Source of the DNA: Vulcanimicrobiota bacterium | GTDB taxonomy: Bacteria > Vulcanimicrobiota > Vulcanimicrobiia > Vulcanimicrobiales > Vulcanimicrobiaceae | Length of the DNA stretch: 64,000 nucleotides | Direction of reading: 5' to 3' | Assembly (NCBI GenBank): GCA_963695225.1 | Contig: OY968762.1 | Location: forward strand, 2,880,001 to 2,944,000 | Part shown: positions 1 through 10,094 of the stretch, one piece after another | How the letters are laid out: each line of letters opens with the position of its first letter | Position numbering within the stretch: the stretch's first letter is position 1 | Position numbers and translations under genes: made by a program | The notes under the pieces: model-generated | The model's input: the letters and a program-made list of their open reading frames with translations, nothing else | The model's database searches: none | Told to the model about the DNA's origin: nothing

Positions 1-927
1 TTTGAATTAGATTTGCGCCACCCCGGATTAGCGAGAGCCTGGAGTTTTCTGGCGCCGGTCGTCGTTGGATCGAGCGCGGCGCAGATCAACCTTGCCTTCG
101 ACCGGTATTTCGCGTCGACGCTGAGCGCAGGTTCCACGGCCGGCCTAAACTACGCCGGAAAGCTCGCAGGCTTGCCGTATCAGGTCGTAGCCGCGGCGAT
201 TGCGACGGTGATTTTCCCAGTGATCGCGGGCCAGTTCGCGAGTTCGAATGGGGCGGGGATCCGGCATAGCATCTCGCTTGCGTTGCGCATGGTTGGTTTC
301 ATCGTCATCCCGTGCGCCGCCGCTTTGTGCGTCCTTGCGCATCCGATCGTGCAGACGCTTTTCGAGCGCGGCGCGTTCGGCCCCGCCGCGACGGCGCTTT
401 GCGTGAGCCTCATGCCGTTCGGAGCGTTCCAATTGGTTGCGAACTCCTACGCCCTGGTGCTTGGGCGAGCGTGCTACGCTTGTCAGGAGATGCGCAAGGC
501 CGTCGTGGGCTCCATTATTGCGATCGCGATCAACATCGTTCTATCGGCTACGTTCTTGCCGTATCTCGGAGCCCGCGGGCTGTTGCTTGCTAACGGTGTT
601 TCCGCGCTCTTCATGACTGCATTCCTGGCGACGGTTCTTTGGCGAATGATCGGGGGATTTGAATGGAGGCAACTGCTTTCGTCGTTTGTACGCGTTTCGC
701 TCGCGTCGTTCGCGTTGGTGGGCGCCGTGTATTGGATCGGCTCCCTTGGAGTGACCCCCGAGCCGACGCTTGCCTCGCGCGCGTCCTACCTGGCGGGCCT
801 TCTCGGTGTGGCCGCCGTCGTATTCCTCGGTGTCTCGCGAGCGCTTGGGATTGAAGAGCTGACGATGGTTGTCAGGACGGTTCTGGAGAAGCTGACGCCA
901 CGAGCCCCCGGCGCCTCAGAGACGTAA
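1..927 (+). CDS. murJ: MurJ/MviN-family flippase, C-terminal part (5' end probably before the window)
   Basis: Multi-TM ORF with MviN motifs 'QINLAFDRYFASTL', 'LNYAGKLAGLP', 'TVIFP', 'LFERGAF'; reading frame is open from position 1. Confidence 0.8.
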   Translation, partial: FELDLRHPGLARAWSFLAPVVVGSSAAQINLAFDRYFASTLSAGSTAGLNYAGKLAGLPYQVVAAAIATVIFPVIAGQFASSNGAGIRHSISLALRMVGFIVIPCAAALCVLAHPIVQTLFERGAFGPAATALCVSLMPFGAFQLVANSYALVLGRACYACQEMRKAVVGSIIAIAINIVLSATFLPYLGARGLLLANGVSALFMTAFLATVLWRMIGGFEWRQLLSSFVRVSLASFALVGAVYWIGSLGVTPEPTLASRASYLAGLLGVAAVVFLGVSRALGIEELTMVVRTVLEKLTPRAPGASET

Positions 928-1203
928 CTCTCGAAATCGGCCGAGGTCAGGGGCGGTGCGTCGCGGGTAGTAACAACGCCGCGAAATGTGCGCGGGATCT
1001 CTTGCAAGATGTCATGCGGCTGGCATTGGTGGGTACTATCATCCGCTGCGCGGGGTTCGTGCGCGCTGATTGGCCTTTAGGGGCGCCTATAAAAAAGATG
1101 AGCAATTTGGGGCGTGTCGGGCGGCATCAGCGATTGCTAATCTCAAGCGCAGAGACAAGCATATACATGGTAGTACAAACGCAGTGTTCATCGCATCCTG
1201 AGA

Positions 1204-1884
1204 GTGATGGTAATGCTTCCTGATCTACGGAGAGATCGCGAGACGGCCGAAACGGAGCGCGCAAACTCGGCCGCTGAATCCAAGGCCCCGCAGATCTTCG
1301 CATACAAGCGCTCCACGTCGGATCGCGCGCGCCGCATCGTCGATCTTCTCGGAGCGATCGCACTCTGCGTCGTGGCGGCGCCGATTCTGGCCGTGGCGAG
1401 TGCGGCGATCTTGCTCGAGGACGGCAGGCCGTTGATCTTTAGCCAGCAGCGCGTCGGCAGATTCGGCCGGCTCTTCACCATCTACAAGCTGCGCACGATG
1501 AAGAAGGCAGCCTGCGGCGATGGATACAAGCCGAGCGCCGGCGACTCGCGCATCACGCGGGTCGGTGCGATCCTGCGAAAGCTTTCGATCGACGAGTTGC
1601 CGCAACTCTTCAACGTGCTGCGCGGGGACATGTCGCTCGTGGGGCCGCGGCCCGAGATGCCGTTCATCGTCCGCCGGTACGAGAAGTGGCAACACTTGCG
1701 GCTTCTCGCGAAGCCCGGCCTCACGTGCATCTGGCAGACGAAACACCGGTCGACGGTGCCGCTGCACGATCCGCGCGCGACGATGCTGGACTTGGAGTAC
1801 ATCGAAAGAGCGTCGCCTGCGCTCGATGCCGGGCTCATGATGCAAACGGTCGGAGCGGTCTTCTCTGCAAGGGGCGCACGGTGA
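1204..1884 (+). CDS. Bacterial sugar transferase (PglC/WcaJ-type priming phosphoglycosyl transferase, catalytic domain only)
   Basis: Motifs 'F..YKLRTM', 'DSRITRVGAILRKLSIDELPQLFNVLRGDMSLVGPRP', 'KPGLT..WQ', 'LDLEYI'. Confidence 0.92.
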   Translation: MMVMLPDLRRDRETAETERANSAAESKAPQIFAYKRSTSDRARRIVDLLGAIALCVVAAPILAVASAAILLEDGRPLIFSQQRVGRFGRLFTIYKLRTMKKAACGDGYKPSAGDSRITRVGAILRKLSIDELPQLFNVLRGDMSLVGPRPEMPFIVRRYEKWQHLRLLAKPGLTCIWQTKHRSTVPLHDPRATMLDLEYIERASPALDAGLMMQTVGAVFSARGAR

Positions 1885-3239
1885 TTAGGTCGGGGTCAAG
1901 GTCCATCTGCGTAGTAGGTACCGGATACGTCGGCATGGCCTGCCTGATCGGCTTCGCCGATCTCGGGCACACCGTCCGCGGCTACGACATCCTCCCCGAC
2001 CGCGTCGAGAAGCTGCGCGCCGGCATCGCCCCTTATAAGGAGGCGGGCTTAGAGGCAAGCCTGCGCTGCCACCTCGCGAGCGGGCTCGTTAGCGTGTTCG
2101 GCAACTTGGCCGAAGCCGCCGCCGATGCGGAGTGGATCATGGTCGCGGTGGGGACGCCCTCGCAGGACGACGGATCGCTCGACCTGCGCCACCTTGACGC
2201 CGCGCTCGGCGCTTTGAGCGCAGTCGAGCTGAGACAGGGCGCGCGCGTCGTGATCCGTTCGACGGTGCCTCCCGGCACGTGCGACCGGCTTGCGGGCCGC
2301 TTCCACGAGCTCGGAGAATTCCTCTATGCGCCGGAGTTCCTGCGCGAAGGAACGGCCGTCTCGGATTTCCTGAATCCGGACCGCATCATCGTCGGCGCGG
2401 AGGCGCCGAAGGCGGCGCGAGCCTATGCCGACCTCTTCGCCGCGCTCGACCGGCCCGTCATCACCACGACGCGATGCAACGCCGAGCTGATCAAGTCGCT
2501 TTCGAACGCGTACTTGGCGCTGAAGATCAGCTTCGCGAACGAAGTCGCGAACATTTGCCATTCGCTCGGCACTCACGTCGACGACGTGCTGCTCGGCATC
2601 GGGGCCGACCGCCGCATCGGCCGGGAGTTTCTGCGGCCGGGCATCGGCTTCGGCGGGCCGTGTTTCGAAAAGGACGTCAAAGGCGTGGTGCACTTCTCGC
2701 GCCAGGCCGGAGCCGTCCAAGAACTCTTTTCCGCAACGCTCCGCGTGAACGGCCGCCAGCCGTACCGAGTGGTCGACATGCTGGAGCAGCGGCTCGGCGA
2801 TTTGGACGGAGCAGTAATCGGTGTATGGGGCCTGGCCTTCAAAGCAGGAACGGACGATCTGCGCGACTCGCTCGCGATTCGGGTCGTGGCCGAACTTTCG
2901 CGGCTCGGCGCGAAGATGCGGATCTACGATCCCGCGGTACACGTTGCCGAACTCCCCGCGGGCGGGAAGATCGTAGGATCGGCTCTCGCGGCTGCGGAGG
3001 CGGATGCGTTGCTCGTGTTGACGGAATGGCCGCAGTTCGCCGCCATCGACGCGCGCGAGATCGCCGCGAGGCTGCGGCGGCGCGTCGTGGTGGACGGGCG
3101 GAACATTTTGGACCCGCGCGGCTGCGCAGAGGCCGGACTCGACTATCAGGGCGTGGGGCGCCCGTTGCGGGCGGGGACGTATGCTGCCGCCGAGCAGTGC
3201 GAAGAAGAAGAACTCGCGGAGGTGATCTGGAGTGGTTGA
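1881..3239 (+). CDS. ugd: UDP-glucose/GDP-mannose dehydrogenase
   Basis: GTG at 1881 overlaps the upstream stop; 'VVGTGYVG' Rossmann motif, 'PEFLREG', 'GIGFGGPCFEKD' with catalytic Cys, 'GLAFKAGTDDLRDS'. Confidence 0.92.
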   Translation: MIRSGSRSICVVGTGYVGMACLIGFADLGHTVRGYDILPDRVEKLRAGIAPYKEAGLEASLRCHLASGLVSVFGNLAEAAADAEWIMVAVGTPSQDDGSLDLRHLDAALGALSAVELRQGARVVIRSTVPPGTCDRLAGRFHELGEFLYAPEFLREGTAVSDFLNPDRIIVGAEAPKAARAYADLFAALDRPVITTTRCNAELIKSLSNAYLALKISFANEVANICHSLGTHVDDVLLGIGADRRIGREFLRPGIGFGGPCFEKDVKGVVHFSRQAGAVQELFSATLRVNGRQPYRVVDMLEQRLGDLDGAVIGVWGLAFKAGTDDLRDSLAIRVVAELSRLGAKMRIYDPAVHVAELPAGGKIVGSALAAAEADALLVLTEWPQFAAIDAREIAARLRRRVVVDGRNILDPRGCAEAGLDYQGVGRPLRAGTYAAAEQCEEEELAEVIWSG

Positions 3240-4560
3240 CGCGCTGGAGCGATTCTCACACGTCGTGCGCCGGCGTCTCCTTTGGATCGTGGCCGTCTGC
3301 ATCTGCGGCGTCGCGGCGTCGCCGTTTCTGCCGCGGCTGATCCACGCATCATACGACGCAACGGCGCGCCTGCTGGTGGTTAGCGAGGTGGCGAAGGACA
3401 CCTCGGCGACGAGCGTCGATCTTCCGTCGGTCGCGCAGAGCACCGAAGTCGTCGATCGCGTGAACCGGCGCCTCAACCTCTCGAATGACGTCGACGTTCG
3501 CCATCACATCAAGGCGGAAGTCTTGCCCCGCTCCAGCATCCTGGAAATCACTTACCGGGATGTTGATAAAGAACGCGCTGCGACAATTGCAAACGCCGTG
3601 GCGGACGAGACTATCACTTACTATCACGAAATCGCGACAAACCGATACGACGACGTTACACGGAAGCTGAATCATGCGATCGCGCAACTTCGATCGCAGA
3701 TAGACGCAACAAATAATCGGCTTCAAAGCGCTTCATTCAAGAATGCATACGCGAATTCAGATAAGGCGAGCGAAGATCTAGCGACGCGCATTGCCGAGCT
3801 GCACGCAGCTCGCGATCAGGCGTATGCGGATCTCATTTCGGATCGTGCGACCGATCGAGCACTGCGGGTACAGAGATGGAAGATCACCAGCATCGTTCGC
3901 CAAGAAACGCTCGCGAACGATCCGGTGTATACGATGATCCAGGGAAAAGTCGCGAGCGATGAGGCGAGCCTCGCGGAACAGCGCTCAAGGTACACCGATA
4001 CGAACCCCGCCGTCGTGGCCTTGGCTGAGAAGGTGGCGTTGGAGCGCGAGCAACTCAAAGCCGCGGAGGCTCGCGCGCTCGAGCGCCGTTCAGGTTCAAG
4101 CCCAGCCTATGTGTCGAACGTGCTCGAGCAGGGTAGGGCAGCTAGTAAGACTGCCGGTGACCAGGCGCGCGTTCAAGCCCTGGATGCGGAAATCTCCGTA
4201 GCCGAACAGCAGGCGAAGGATACCTTCGGCCCAGGAGCATCGGTTGGAGCGTTGCGCGCCGAACGCGATGCCGCCGAGCAGCAGTATCTCGCGTTGACCC
4301 AGCGTTTGAGCGCCGCGCAGGCAGACGCCGCGCAAGCCGCCTCATTAGGGACCCTCGTCGTCGTCGACAGAGCGATCCCTGGCGATTCGCATTGGCAGCT
4401 GCTGTTCGAATACTTCCCGCTGCTGTATGCGCTCTCGGTATGCGCTCTTGCGATCTTGGCGGCATACGCGGTGGACGGCATGGACAGGCGCTTCTGGGAT
4501 TCCAAGGATCTGGAGGACCTCTACGGGCGCCCGGTATTCGAGATCGGAAAGCACGAATGA
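3232..4560 (+). CDS. Polysaccharide co-polymerase / chain-length determinant (Wzz/GumC-like)
   Basis: Two terminal TM segments flanking a long coiled coil; 'SRYTDTNPAVVAL' and 'VVVDRAIP' motifs; EPS context. Confidence 0.75.
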   Translation: MVDALERFSHVVRRRLLWIVAVCICGVAASPFLPRLIHASYDATARLLVVSEVAKDTSATSVDLPSVAQSTEVVDRVNRRLNLSNDVDVRHHIKAEVLPRSSILEITYRDVDKERAATIANAVADETITYYHEIATNRYDDVTRKLNHAIAQLRSQIDATNNRLQSASFKNAYANSDKASEDLATRIAELHAARDQAYADLISDRATDRALRVQRWKITSIVRQETLANDPVYTMIQGKVASDEASLAEQRSRYTDTNPAVVALAEKVALEREQLKAAEARALERRSGSSPAYVSNVLEQGRAASKTAGDQARVQALDAEISVAEQQAKDTFGPGASVGALRAERDAAEQQYLALTQRLSAAQADAAQAASLGTLVVVDRAIPGDSHWQLLFEYFPLLYALSVCALAILAAYAVDGMDRRFWDSKDLEDLYGRPVFEIGKHE

Positions 4561-5255
4561 AGAAGGATAAGAAAGCCGGCGCCGGCGAGGACGAGTCCAC
4601 GTTCGAGGTGCTTCGTGCACGAATCGAGGCTAGGGTTGGGCGCCCCGGTGTGCTCGTTGTTACCTCCGCGATCGCGGGCGACGGCAAGAGCGTCGCAGCA
4701 CATGGATTGGCAGCGGCGCTGGCTTCGATCGGGTGCCGGACGCTGCTCATCGATGTGGGGAAGCGAAGCGGAATCCTCATCCAGCCATCGACGAGCGCAT
4801 CGATCGAGGAGATGATGCTGGAATCGGCGTGCGAGACCACGATTCCCGGGCTAAAGATCGTTTCGCTTACGAGCCCCGCGCTTCAACGGAAGACGAGCCT
4901 TCCAAGCGTCGCGCGAGCCCTGACGGTGGTTCGTGGAGGCTACGACTACATCGTTGTAGACTGCGACTGCGCCTTGAAGAATGCACTTTCCGCGCATTTC
5001 GTCAGCTCCGCGGATGCCGTTCTAGTCGCAGTCCGGGCCGGCCGCCGCCGGCAGCCGGAGGATGGGGACCTGGCCGAAGCCCTGGGCGACCTCGGAGCCA
5101 ACTTCTTCGGCGTTGTGGCCATTAACCCGGCGATGATCGGCGTGGGATCGAATCTCGTACGGCTGCGCGGCGCACAAGCTAGCCGCGGCATCGAGACGGG
5201 GCACTTAGATCGCGAGCTCCGCTTTCGCGGTGCGCGCTCGTGTACCGAGCTATGA
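4557..5255 (+). CDS. CpsD/CapB-like P-loop tyrosine-kinase homolog
   Basis: ATG at 4557 overlaps the upstream stop; 'VVTSAIAGDGKS' Walker A, 'TLLIDVG', 'YDYIVVDC' Walker B, 'ADAVLVAVRAG'. Confidence 0.75.
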   Translation: MKKDKKAGAGEDESTFEVLRARIEARVGRPGVLVVTSAIAGDGKSVAAHGLAAALASIGCRTLLIDVGKRSGILIQPSTSASIEEMMLESACETTIPGLKIVSLTSPALQRKTSLPSVARALTVVRGGYDYIVVDCDCALKNALSAHFVSSADAVLVAVRAGRRRQPEDGDLAEALGDLGANFFGVVAINPAMIGVGSNLVRLRGAQASRGIETGHLDRELRFRGARSCTEL

Positions 5256-6223
5256 CGAGCGTCGTCACGGGAGGCGCCGGTTTCCTCGGCAGCCACCTCG
5301 TCGATGCGCTCGTGCGGCGAGGCGATGACGTCGTCGTCGTTGACAATCTCTCGACGGGGCGGCTCAGCAATCTCGACCAGGCGCTCCTAAGCGGGAAGGT
5401 GATGTTCGTATTCGCGGATCTCGCGTCAACGAAGTCGGAAATCGAAGCCGCGATCGAATCGGCTACTGAAGGGCGTATTGACCGGATATTTCATCTCGCC
5501 TCTCCAGCAAGCCCGGAAGCCTACGGCGCGGATCCGTGGGGTACTCTGGCGGTCAACGCGATCGGGACGATGCGCCTGGTCGACCTCGCTGTAAAGCACT
5601 CGGCGGACTTTCTGTTTGCATCGACGTCGGAAGTATACGGTGACCCATTAGTTCACCCGCAGCCGGAGGCGTATTTCGGGAATGTCGATCCGATCGGACC
5701 GCGCTCTTGCTACGATGAAGGCAAGCGCTTCGGCGAAGCAGTGGTTGCGGCCGCCGTACGGAGGCGCGGTCTTGCCGGAAGAATCGTTCGGTATTTCAAT
5801 TGTTACGGGCCGCGGATGGAGATCGGCGACGGTCGCTTGATCCCAGCCCTCGTCGGTGCGGCCATACGAGGGGAGCCGCTTCCGGTGCACGGGGATGGGC
5901 AACAGACGCGGTCGCTGACCTATGTAGACGACGCCATTGCCGCTACATTGCTTGTTGCCGAAAGCCCGAATACGATCCTTCAGCCGGTAAACATTGGCAA
6001 CGATGATGAGCGGAGCGTACTGGATATTGCAAGCGCAGTGGCGCTCGCCTTTCGGGTTGATTTAATTACGCATCAATTGCCGTCACGGCCGCAGGATCCA
6101 CAGCGACGGAGGCCCGACACAACTAGAGCGGCGAGCCTCAACTGGTGTTCACAAACGCCGCTAACTGTCGGTTTAGCAGCGACCCTTGCATGGTTCCAAG
6201 ATGCAAGCCTATCACTTGTATGA
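5252..6223 (+). CDS. NAD-dependent epimerase/dehydratase, UDP-glucuronate decarboxylase-like
   Basis: 'VTGGAGFLGSHL', 'HLASPASP', 'ASTSEVYGDP', 'GNVDPIGPRSCYDEGKR', 'GDGQQTRS'. Confidence 0.9.
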   Translation: MTSVVTGGAGFLGSHLVDALVRRGDDVVVVDNLSTGRLSNLDQALLSGKVMFVFADLASTKSEIEAAIESATEGRIDRIFHLASPASPEAYGADPWGTLAVNAIGTMRLVDLAVKHSADFLFASTSEVYGDPLVHPQPEAYFGNVDPIGPRSCYDEGKRFGEAVVAAAVRRRGLAGRIVRYFNCYGPRMEIGDGRLIPALVGAAIRGEPLPVHGDGQQTRSLTYVDDAIAATLLVAESPNTILQPVNIGNDDERSVLDIASAVALAFRVDLITHQLPSRPQDPQRRRPDTTRAASLNWCSQTPLTVGLAATLAWFQDASLSLV

Positions 6224-6536
6224 ATCGACGCACTAGTTGTGTAGTAGCTATGCCGAAAGCCCAAGCTGCCAATGTTGGGGCCAGTTCTGTCCTACGCAGC
6301 CGGGCGCGCACAGCGCGTTACTGTAGCGCCGCAATGAACAATCAGGTGTTGCAAGGAGGCGTGCGTCGAGAACCTGGAGGGATCCAGCTGTAACGGCGAC
6401 TGCCGAACCCGCCCTGGTAGCCGTGGCGACCGCAGCGCGCCGCTTTGAAGGCGCACAATGGTGAGGCAGCAAGAGCGGGCCGGGCGGCGCTCCCTTGGCG
6501 GGCTCCGGACCGATCGGGTCTGATGGGGATGACATC

Positions 6537-7286
6537 ATGGCAACCATAGTGCTGGTCCACGGCGCCTGGCATGGCGCCTGGTGTTGGGAACGCGTCGTGC
6601 CGTTGCTGGAGGCGAAGGGCCACCGCGTGGTCGCCCCCGATCTGCCCGGCATGGGGGCGGACCGCACGCCCCTGCGCGAGGTGTCGCTCGAATCCTGGGC
6701 GGATTTCGTCGCCGAACTCATCGATGCCGAGCCCGATCCGGTCGTGCTCGTCGGGCACAGCCGGGGCGGCGTCGTTATCAGCCAGGCGGCCGAGTATGCC
6801 CCCGAGCAAGTCGAAAAACTCGTCTACCTCAGCGCCTTCCTCGTTCGCAACGGCGAATCGCTCTGGGAGACGCTGCAGGAACTCCCCGGCGATCCCGAGC
6901 GCGGCGGCGACCTGAAGATCTCCCCCGATCAATCGACCACGTCGCTGCTCCCCGAAGCCGTACGTACGAACTTCTACAACACGACCGACGAGCAGTGGGC
7001 CGCCCGCGCGGCGTCGCTGATCTGCCCCGAACCGATGGCCTCGTTCGTGACGCCGCTTGCGCTCACGGACGATGCATTCGGCAGCATCCCGCGCGTCTAC
7101 ATCGAATGCAAGCGCGATCGCGCGATCCCGCTGAGCCTGCAGCGCCTGATGGTCGCCCAAATGCCGTGCGAGCAAGTCTTCTCGCTCGATACGGATCACT
7201 CGCCGTTCTATTCCAACCCCGAAGCGCTCGCCGCAATCTTGGACGATATCGCGAACGGCGAGTCTCCCTCCGAATCGCTGGATTAA
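6537..7286 (+). CDS. Alpha/beta hydrolase (methylesterase-like)
   Basis: 'VLVHGAWHGAWCW', nucleophile 'GHSRGG', 'DRAIP', 'DHSPF'. Confidence 0.9.
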   Translation: MATIVLVHGAWHGAWCWERVVPLLEAKGHRVVAPDLPGMGADRTPLREVSLESWADFVAELIDAEPDPVVLVGHSRGGVVISQAAEYAPEQVEKLVYLSAFLVRNGESLWETLQELPGDPERGGDLKISPDQSTTSLLPEAVRTNFYNTTDEQWAARAASLICPEPMASFVTPLALTDDAFGSIPRVYIECKRDRAIPLSLQRLMVAQMPCEQVFSLDTDHSPFYSNPEALAAILDDIANGESPSESLD

Positions 7287-7335
7287 CCGATCCATAACGG
7301 AGGAAATCCGCAAAACCGCGGCGTCCTAGAGCGTC

Positions 7336-7866
7336 ATGCTCGCACGCGGAATCGTCTTGGGAATCGTTCTCTCGCTCGTCCTTGCGGGCGTCGCCGGCGC
7401 CGTCGCCGTCGTGACCGGGCTGATCCCCGCGAACGCCGACGCCACGCCGCCCGCGTGGGAGAAGCTGATCGCCCGAACCTCGCTGAAGGCGGCGATTCTC
7501 CGCGAGACCTCCCGAACGGCGCCGAACCCCATCCCCGTGACGGACGAAAACCTCGACGCCGGGATCAAGCTCTACGGAACGCATTGCGCCGTCTGCCATG
7601 GCGCCGCCGACGGCAAGGCCTCGGCGATCGCGCAAGGCCTCTACCAGCACGCGCCGCAGCTGGCAAAGCACGGCGTCGAAAACGATCCGCCGGCGGTCGT
7701 CTACTGGAAGATCTCCCACGGCATCCGGCTCACCGGGATGCCCGCGTTCGTGCAGTCCCTCACCGAAAACCAGCTCTGGCAGGTCACGCTCTTCCTGCAG
7801 CAGATGGATAACCTGCCGCCGGAACCCAAGCAGCGCTGGGAAGCCATGCCGAGCGCGGCCGGCTGA
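7336..7866 (+). CDS. Membrane-anchored monoheme cytochrome c
   Basis: N-terminal TM, 'CAVCHG' heme motif, 'WKISHGIRLTGMPAF'. Confidence 0.88.
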   Translation: MLARGIVLGIVLSLVLAGVAGAVAVVTGLIPANADATPPAWEKLIARTSLKAAILRETSRTAPNPIPVTDENLDAGIKLYGTHCAVCHGAADGKASAIAQGLYQHAPQLAKHGVENDPPAVVYWKISHGIRLTGMPAFVQSLTENQLWQVTLFLQQMDNLPPEPKQRWEAMPSAAG

Positions 7867-7869
7867 TAG

Positions 7870-8979
7870 CTACACGCTGAGCGCGGCTAGGTCGTTTTCC
7901 AGGGCGCAGGGCTTCGGCTCGTGCGCGGTGCGGTCCAGCGCGCAGAATTCCGATCGCCATAGCCCGCATGGGATGCCGGATTTTCCGGCGCACACGCGCT
8001 GGTCGGCACCGTGCGGGCGGCTGCGCGCCCAGCGCGCGAAATCGGCGAGGCCTTCCTCGAGCGAGACGCGCGGCTTCCAGGCCCAGCGCTCCGCCGCGCG
8101 CGCGATGTTCGCGAACGTCACGTTCATCTCGCCGGGCGGGCGCGGCACGAAGCGCAGCCGCGGCACCACGCCGAGCGCCTTCCCCAGCTTCTCGACGAGT
8201 TCCAGCACGGTCACGGGCGACGAGTTGCCGAGGTTCACGATGCGGAAGCCCGCGCGTTCCTTCGCCGCCGCCGCTATCCCGCGCACGATGTCGCTCACGT
8301 GCGTGAAATCCCGCGCCATCGAACCGTCGCCGAAGATCGTGATCTCCTTGCGGTGCAGCATCGACATCGCGAACTTGCGGATCGCGAGATCCGGGCGCTG
8401 GCGCGGGCCGTAGACGGTGAACAGCCGCACGATCGTGATCGGCGCCGCGAACGTATCGTGCGCCACGGAACAGAGCAGCTCGCAGGCGCGCTTCGTCGCG
8501 GCGTACGGGCTCGGCGGCGAAATGCACGCGGCGCCTTCATCGAATGGGACGGGCGTATCGTTCCCGTAGGCGGAGCTCGTCCCCGCGAAGACGATCGGCA
8601 CCGCGTCCTCGCGCGAGAACGTATCGAGGATGTTCTGCGTCGCGACGATGTTCGAACGGACGTAGCGGGCCGGCTCGTCGATCGAACGGCGCACGCCGGG
8701 CATCCCCGCCAGGTGGATGATCACGTCCGGCCGCGTCCGCGCCGCGAGATCCCGCACGGCGTCCACGTCGGCCAGGTCGATCACCTGCAGTTCGAAGTTC
8801 TCGTGGTGCAGCGCCGTCTCGATGTTCTCCACCTTCAGGCGCGGGTCGTAGTAGTCGTCGAACGAGTCGATGCCGTGCACCTGGAAGCCCTCGGCCAGCA
8901 AGTGCTCGACCACGTGCGAACCGATGAAACCCGCGCAACCGGTAACGAGCGCTTTCGGAGGAGGGGCGGCCAAACTCAT
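7870..8979 (-). CDS. NAD-dependent epimerase (UDP-glucuronate 4-epimerase-like)
   Basis: 'VTGCAGFIGSH', 'HLAGMPGVRRSI', 'SPYAATK', 'RLFTVYGPRQRPDLAI', 'RDFTHVSDIV'; the last ~45 aa look like a non-conserved extension. Confidence 0.88.
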   Translation of the reverse strand: MSLAAPPPKALVTGCAGFIGSHVVEHLLAEGFQVHGIDSFDDYYDPRLKVENIETALHHENFELQVIDLADVDAVRDLAARTRPDVIIHLAGMPGVRRSIDEPARYVRSNIVATQNILDTFSREDAVPIVFAGTSSAYGNDTPVPFDEGAACISPPSPYAATKRACELLCSVAHDTFAAPITIVRLFTVYGPRQRPDLAIRKFAMSMLHRKEITIFGDGSMARDFTHVSDIVRGIAAAAKERAGFRIVNLGNSSPVTVLELVEKLGKALGVVPRLRFVPRPPGEMNVTFANIARAAERWAWKPRVSLEEGLADFARWARSRPHGADQRVCAGKSGIPCGLWRSEFCALDRTAHEPKPCALENDLAALSV

Positions 8980-10094
8980 GTGCCGTTCCTCCTAGCCCGG
9001 CCGGGGGAAACCTGCCCCGCGAGCGCGTGCCGCAGGATATCTCCCGAATAGAAGGCGCTCGGCAGGACTTCGCACTCGGCCCAGCAGCCGGAGCAGTTGC
9101 GCACCCAAGTGCGCCATTTCCCGGCCGGCTCCCCGTACCACACGTCGTCGAAGGATTGCTCGCGCAGATTCCCCAGGCGGTTGCTGTTGAATTGGCAGAC
9201 GGGCACGTCGCCGTTGGGGAAGATCCGCAGGTGCGCGTGCAGCGCGACGCACGCGGGGTTCGGGTCCGGGCCGCCGCCCAGCAGGCGGTTGCGGATGCCG
9301 TCGAGATAGTAGCGCTTCGCCGCGCGATCGGCGAACGAGTACGTCGCGAGATCGGCCTCGATCGCCGCGAACAGGCGCTCGAGATCTTCGCGCGAGAGGT
9401 TGCCGAAGGTTTCGAAGTGGCCGGGGTACGCCGGGGCCACGTTCGTTTCGTGCGTGCGGGAGTAGGTTGCGCTTTCCTTGTACGCCACGACGACTTGATT
9501 CTGGATGCCGAGCGGCGCCAGCAGCGCGTGGAGCTCGCCGTATTGGGCGGCGCCTTCGGCGTCGAGGATCGTCTGGTTGACGGCGAGGTTCAGGCGCAGC
9601 TCCTTGCGGCGCGGCGCCAGGGCTTCCAGCGTGCGCATCGCGGTGCGGAAGGCGCCTTTGTGGCCGCGGATCTCGTCGTGCTTATCGCCGACGCCGTCGA
9701 TGGAGACGAGCAGGTTCAGCGGGACGTCCTTCGGCCGGCGCTCGCAGAAATCGACGATGCGATCCGTCAGGAAGCCGTTCGTGGTGACGTGCAGCAGCGC
9801 GGGCGTGAGCTTTTCGATCGCGACCCGCGCGATATCGGTGAGGTCCCGGCGGACGAACGGCTCGCCCCCGGTCAGCCGCACGATATCCAGCTGGGGAAGC
9901 TGGTCGAAGATGCGCTCGACCTCCGCGAGCGTGAGGTCGCCCTCGGAGCCCTTCCGCCAGGAATCGCACATCGCACAGCGCGCGTTGCACGTGAACGAGA
10001 CGGTGTACGTGAGCATCCGCGGCAGGCAGGCCTGCTCGCGGTTGCGCTTCCGAATGGCGTCGGCGTAGGCCGCCACGCGTGCGAGCGGCTTCAC
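8976..10094 (-). CDS. Radical SAM protein with SPASM/twitch domain
   Basis: GTG at 10094 overlaps the upstream stop; 'CNARCAMC', 'TGGEP', 'TTNG', 'VSIDG'; C-terminal 'C...IFPNGDVPVC...CSGCWAEC'. Confidence 0.9.
   Translation of the reverse strand: MKPLARVAAYADAIRKRNREQACLPRMLTYTVSFTCNARCAMCDSWRKGSEGDLTLAEVERIFDQLPQLDIVRLTGGEPFVRRDLTDIARVAIEKLTPALLHVTTNGFLTDRIVDFCERRPKDVPLNLLVSIDGVGDKHDEIRGHKGAFRTAMRTLEALAPRRKELRLNLAVNQTILDAEGAAQYGELHALLAPLGIQNQVVVAYKESATYSRTHETNVAPAYPGHFETFGNLSREDLERLFAAIEADLATYSFADRAAKRYYLDGIRNRLLGGGPDPNPACVALHAHLRIFPNGDVPVCQFNSNRLGNLREQSFDDVWYGEPAGKWRTWVRNCSGCWAECEVLPSAFYSGDILRHALAGQVSPGRARRNGT

Noticed and set aside
6224..6536. Small ORFs or ncRNA in the gap after the EPS locus
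   Set aside because: No convincing RBS, codon bias, motif or stable structure that I can support.
7870..8010. C-terminal extension of the epimerase as a new domain
   Set aside because: Looks like read-through after loss of a stop codon; no motif support.
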